DNA from: Raillietiella orientalis | Taxonomy: Eukaryota | Assembly (NCBI GenBank): GCA_036172245.1 | Contig: JAYWIR010000098.1 | Span: 1-64,000, forward strand | DNA: 64,000 nt | Reading direction: 5' to 3' | Shown: positions 62,278-64,000 of the stretch, one piece after another | Layout of the letters: every line of letters starts with the position of its first letter | Position numbering within the stretch: the first letter of the stretch is position 1 | Position numbers and translations under genes: made by a program | The notes under the pieces: model-generated | The model's database searches: none | Told to the model about the DNA's origin: nothing | The model's input: only the letters and a program-made list of their open reading frames with translations

Positions 62278-63837
62278 TTGAAACACAGGACACACCTGTT
62301 TGCAAATATGCAATTCGGGGATAGGCGCTTGAGGCAGAAGGCGTTCCGGGAGCTGAACATCCAAGATCGCACGCTCTCAAAGTACTTCGATCAGTCAGAG
62401 AGTCGGTACGTCTTCAGCAACATAAAAGGGGAAGTCGGCGTGCAGCAGAAGAGAAATCTGGCAACAGATATCTTCTGCATCCAGTACGACGGTAAAGAGC
62501 GACAGTCGTCGGTAGATATCGTGGAAGCCTTTCACAGGCATTACACGAAACACTTCAGGCGTCACCATCTCTGTCGCTCTAGTCAACAAGCCTTTCTGAG
62601 CTATCTCGAGAAGAGGACCGTCGACTTCCAGCGGGACAGACTGGAGGAGGAATTCTCCGAAGTCGAGGTGAAGACTTCTTTTGGACAACTGCGCAAGGAT
62701 GTGGCGGCAGGCCCTGACAGTGTACCCATCACGCACTATCAGCGGTACCTGCATTCCTTCCTGCGTTTGTTCCATCAGTTGACCCTCTGCATCCGTGAAG
62801 AAGGCAGACTATCTGAGTCCTCCTACGAGAGTAGGATGAGATTGTTACCAAAAGGAGGCGTCCCAACCAAGATCGCTAAATGGAGGCCAATCTTAATACT
62901 GAACTCCGATGCCAAGTGTTTCGCGAAGATCTGGTTCAACAGCTTAGGCAGGGTCATGTCGAAGCTCATCTCTCCGGTCCAAACGTGTGCAGTCCCTCTA
63001 CGTCACATGTCGGACAATGTCAAGTGTGCAAAGGCCACCGTCGGGCTCAGCCGATACGTCGGCGAGAACCTAGTGATTGTGTTCACTGACATGGAGAAGG
63101 CTTTTAACTACATCGACCATGGGATGCTGCTGAAGGTTCTGGAGAAGCTAGGCCTTGCTGAGCACTTCAGAAACTTCGTAAGGGTTATACTTCAAAACCA
63201 GTACTGCCGAATCAAAATCAACGGCCAGGAGACGGCAGCAATCCGGATGGAACGGAGAGTCCGGCAGGGCGATTCGCTAAGTCCGATGCTGTTCATCATC
63301 TACATGAAGGCGTTGTCGTCCTTTATCGAGAAGAGTGGACGAATACAACGCATGACTATCGATGGCCAGCGTCTCACCCATCTGGCATACGCTGATGATC
63401 TACTCTTCTTTATCAAGGGAGAGAGAAATCAACGAGCGCTTCTGGATGTAGTAGACCAGATGGATCTAGGCCTGGGTCTAAAGATCAACGCCCAGAAAAG
63501 CCAGCTCTTGCCCGTTGGAATGCTTGATCTCTCCGCTCTAGCGGGGAGAAGATTCCGAACGGTAGACAAGGTCAAGTACCTGGGTGTCTGCATTGGCAAC
63601 GACTCCGCGTCGAAGCTATTGTGGCCGGAGTTCCTGAGAAAAACAACCAAGGAAGCAGCCAAGTACACCGGAACGGACCTTGGAATGAAGCGGAAGGCCA
63701 ACATATGGAACGGAGTACTCCTTTTAAAAGTGCTCTTCGGGGCGGCCTTTGCAAGGATGAACAAGAACACCACGGGGGAGTTCGAAAAGCTGCAGAGAAA
63801 AACACTGTGGGGCACTATCGCCCAGGAGTTCGACTAA
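62278..63837 (+). CDS. Family B reverse transcriptase, 519-aa open frame
   Basis: KWRPI, DMEKAFN, VRQGDSLSPMLF, YADD, KYLG. Confidence 0.88.
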   Translation: MKHRTHLFANMQFGDRRLRQKAFRELNIQDRTLSKYFDQSESRYVFSNIKGEVGVQQKRNLATDIFCIQYDGKERQSSVDIVEAFHRHYTKHFRRHHLCRSSQQAFLSYLEKRTVDFQRDRLEEEFSEVEVKTSFGQLRKDVAAGPDSVPITHYQRYLHSFLRLFHQLTLCIREEGRLSESSYESRMRLLPKGGVPTKIAKWRPILILNSDAKCFAKIWFNSLGRVMSKLISPVQTCAVPLRHMSDNVKCAKATVGLSRYVGENLVIVFTDMEKAFNYIDHGMLLKVLEKLGLAEHFRNFVRVILQNQYCRIKINGQETAAIRMERRVRQGDSLSPMLFIIYMKALSSFIEKSGRIQRMTIDGQRLTHLAYADDLLFFIKGERNQRALLDVVDQMDLGLGLKINAQKSQLLPVGMLDLSALAGRRFRTVDKVKYLGVCIGNDSASKLLWPEFLRKTTKEAAKYTGTDLGMKRKANIWNGVLLLKVLFGAAFARMNKNTTGEFEKLQRKTLWGTIAQEFD

Positions 63838-64000
63838 AACCCCTGCGTCGTCCCAAGGAAGAAGGCGGTTCCGGGATGAAGTCTCTTGCACACTCCATAG
63901 AAATCATGGATACGCGATACATCCTGCACATTGCCACTCACTGGGATGACTGGCCGTGTGCGGCGCACAGGGCCTACGCGCTTTTGTCGTACAACTTGAA

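Larger units (their letters stand above)
59936..64000 (+). mobile_element. Family B element: ORF1 ~59955-61454 (frameshift ~60660), ORF2 from ATG 61468, running off the window end
   Basis: SYASVAA, CTGCKQFGH, IASWNVN, CLQETH, NVYGP, GDLN, SDH. Confidence 0.88.

Noticed and set aside
1..64000. Stop-codon reassignment or readthrough explaining in-frame TGA/TAG
   Set aside because: Stops fall at different positions in different copies, derive from TGG/CGA/CAG transitions, and co-occur with frameshifts, which indicates ordinary decay.
1..64000. Bacterial RT systems (retron, DGR, group II intron) or a CRISPR array
   Set aside because: The APE-RT-CCHC architecture, gag-like ORF1, AATAAA and TSDs indicate eukaryotic LINEs; no repeat-spacer array is present.
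1..64000. RIP-like hypermutation
   Set aside because: The sequence remains GC- and CpG-rich with no evident TpA-enriched, AT-rich decay (judged by eye).

Overview
Eukaryotic DNA made entirely of decayed non-LTR retrotransposons of the L1/Tx1 type. ORF1 carries CCHC zinc knuckles; ORF2 carries an APE endonuclease, a YADD reverse transcriptase and a C-terminal CCHC. I found no host gene, RNA gene or unique spacer. About 25 fragments resolve into nested insertions of one diversified lineage (family A, several subfamilies) plus a distinct family B at both window ends. Family A has a 5' GGACGTGTTT-type hairpin, a structured 3' UTR ending in AATAAA, a CCCGG/CCGGG hairpin and only 2-5 A, a shortened endonuclease, and a hypervariable RT insert. 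Most insertions are antisense to their target element, and some recur at the homologous nucleotide of diverged targets. Two pairs of half target-site duplications (TSDs) link the window end back to the window start, suggesting one ~62-63.4 kb unit of a tandem macro-repeat. Boundaries and similarity levels were judged by eye, and junction positions are approximate to a few bases.
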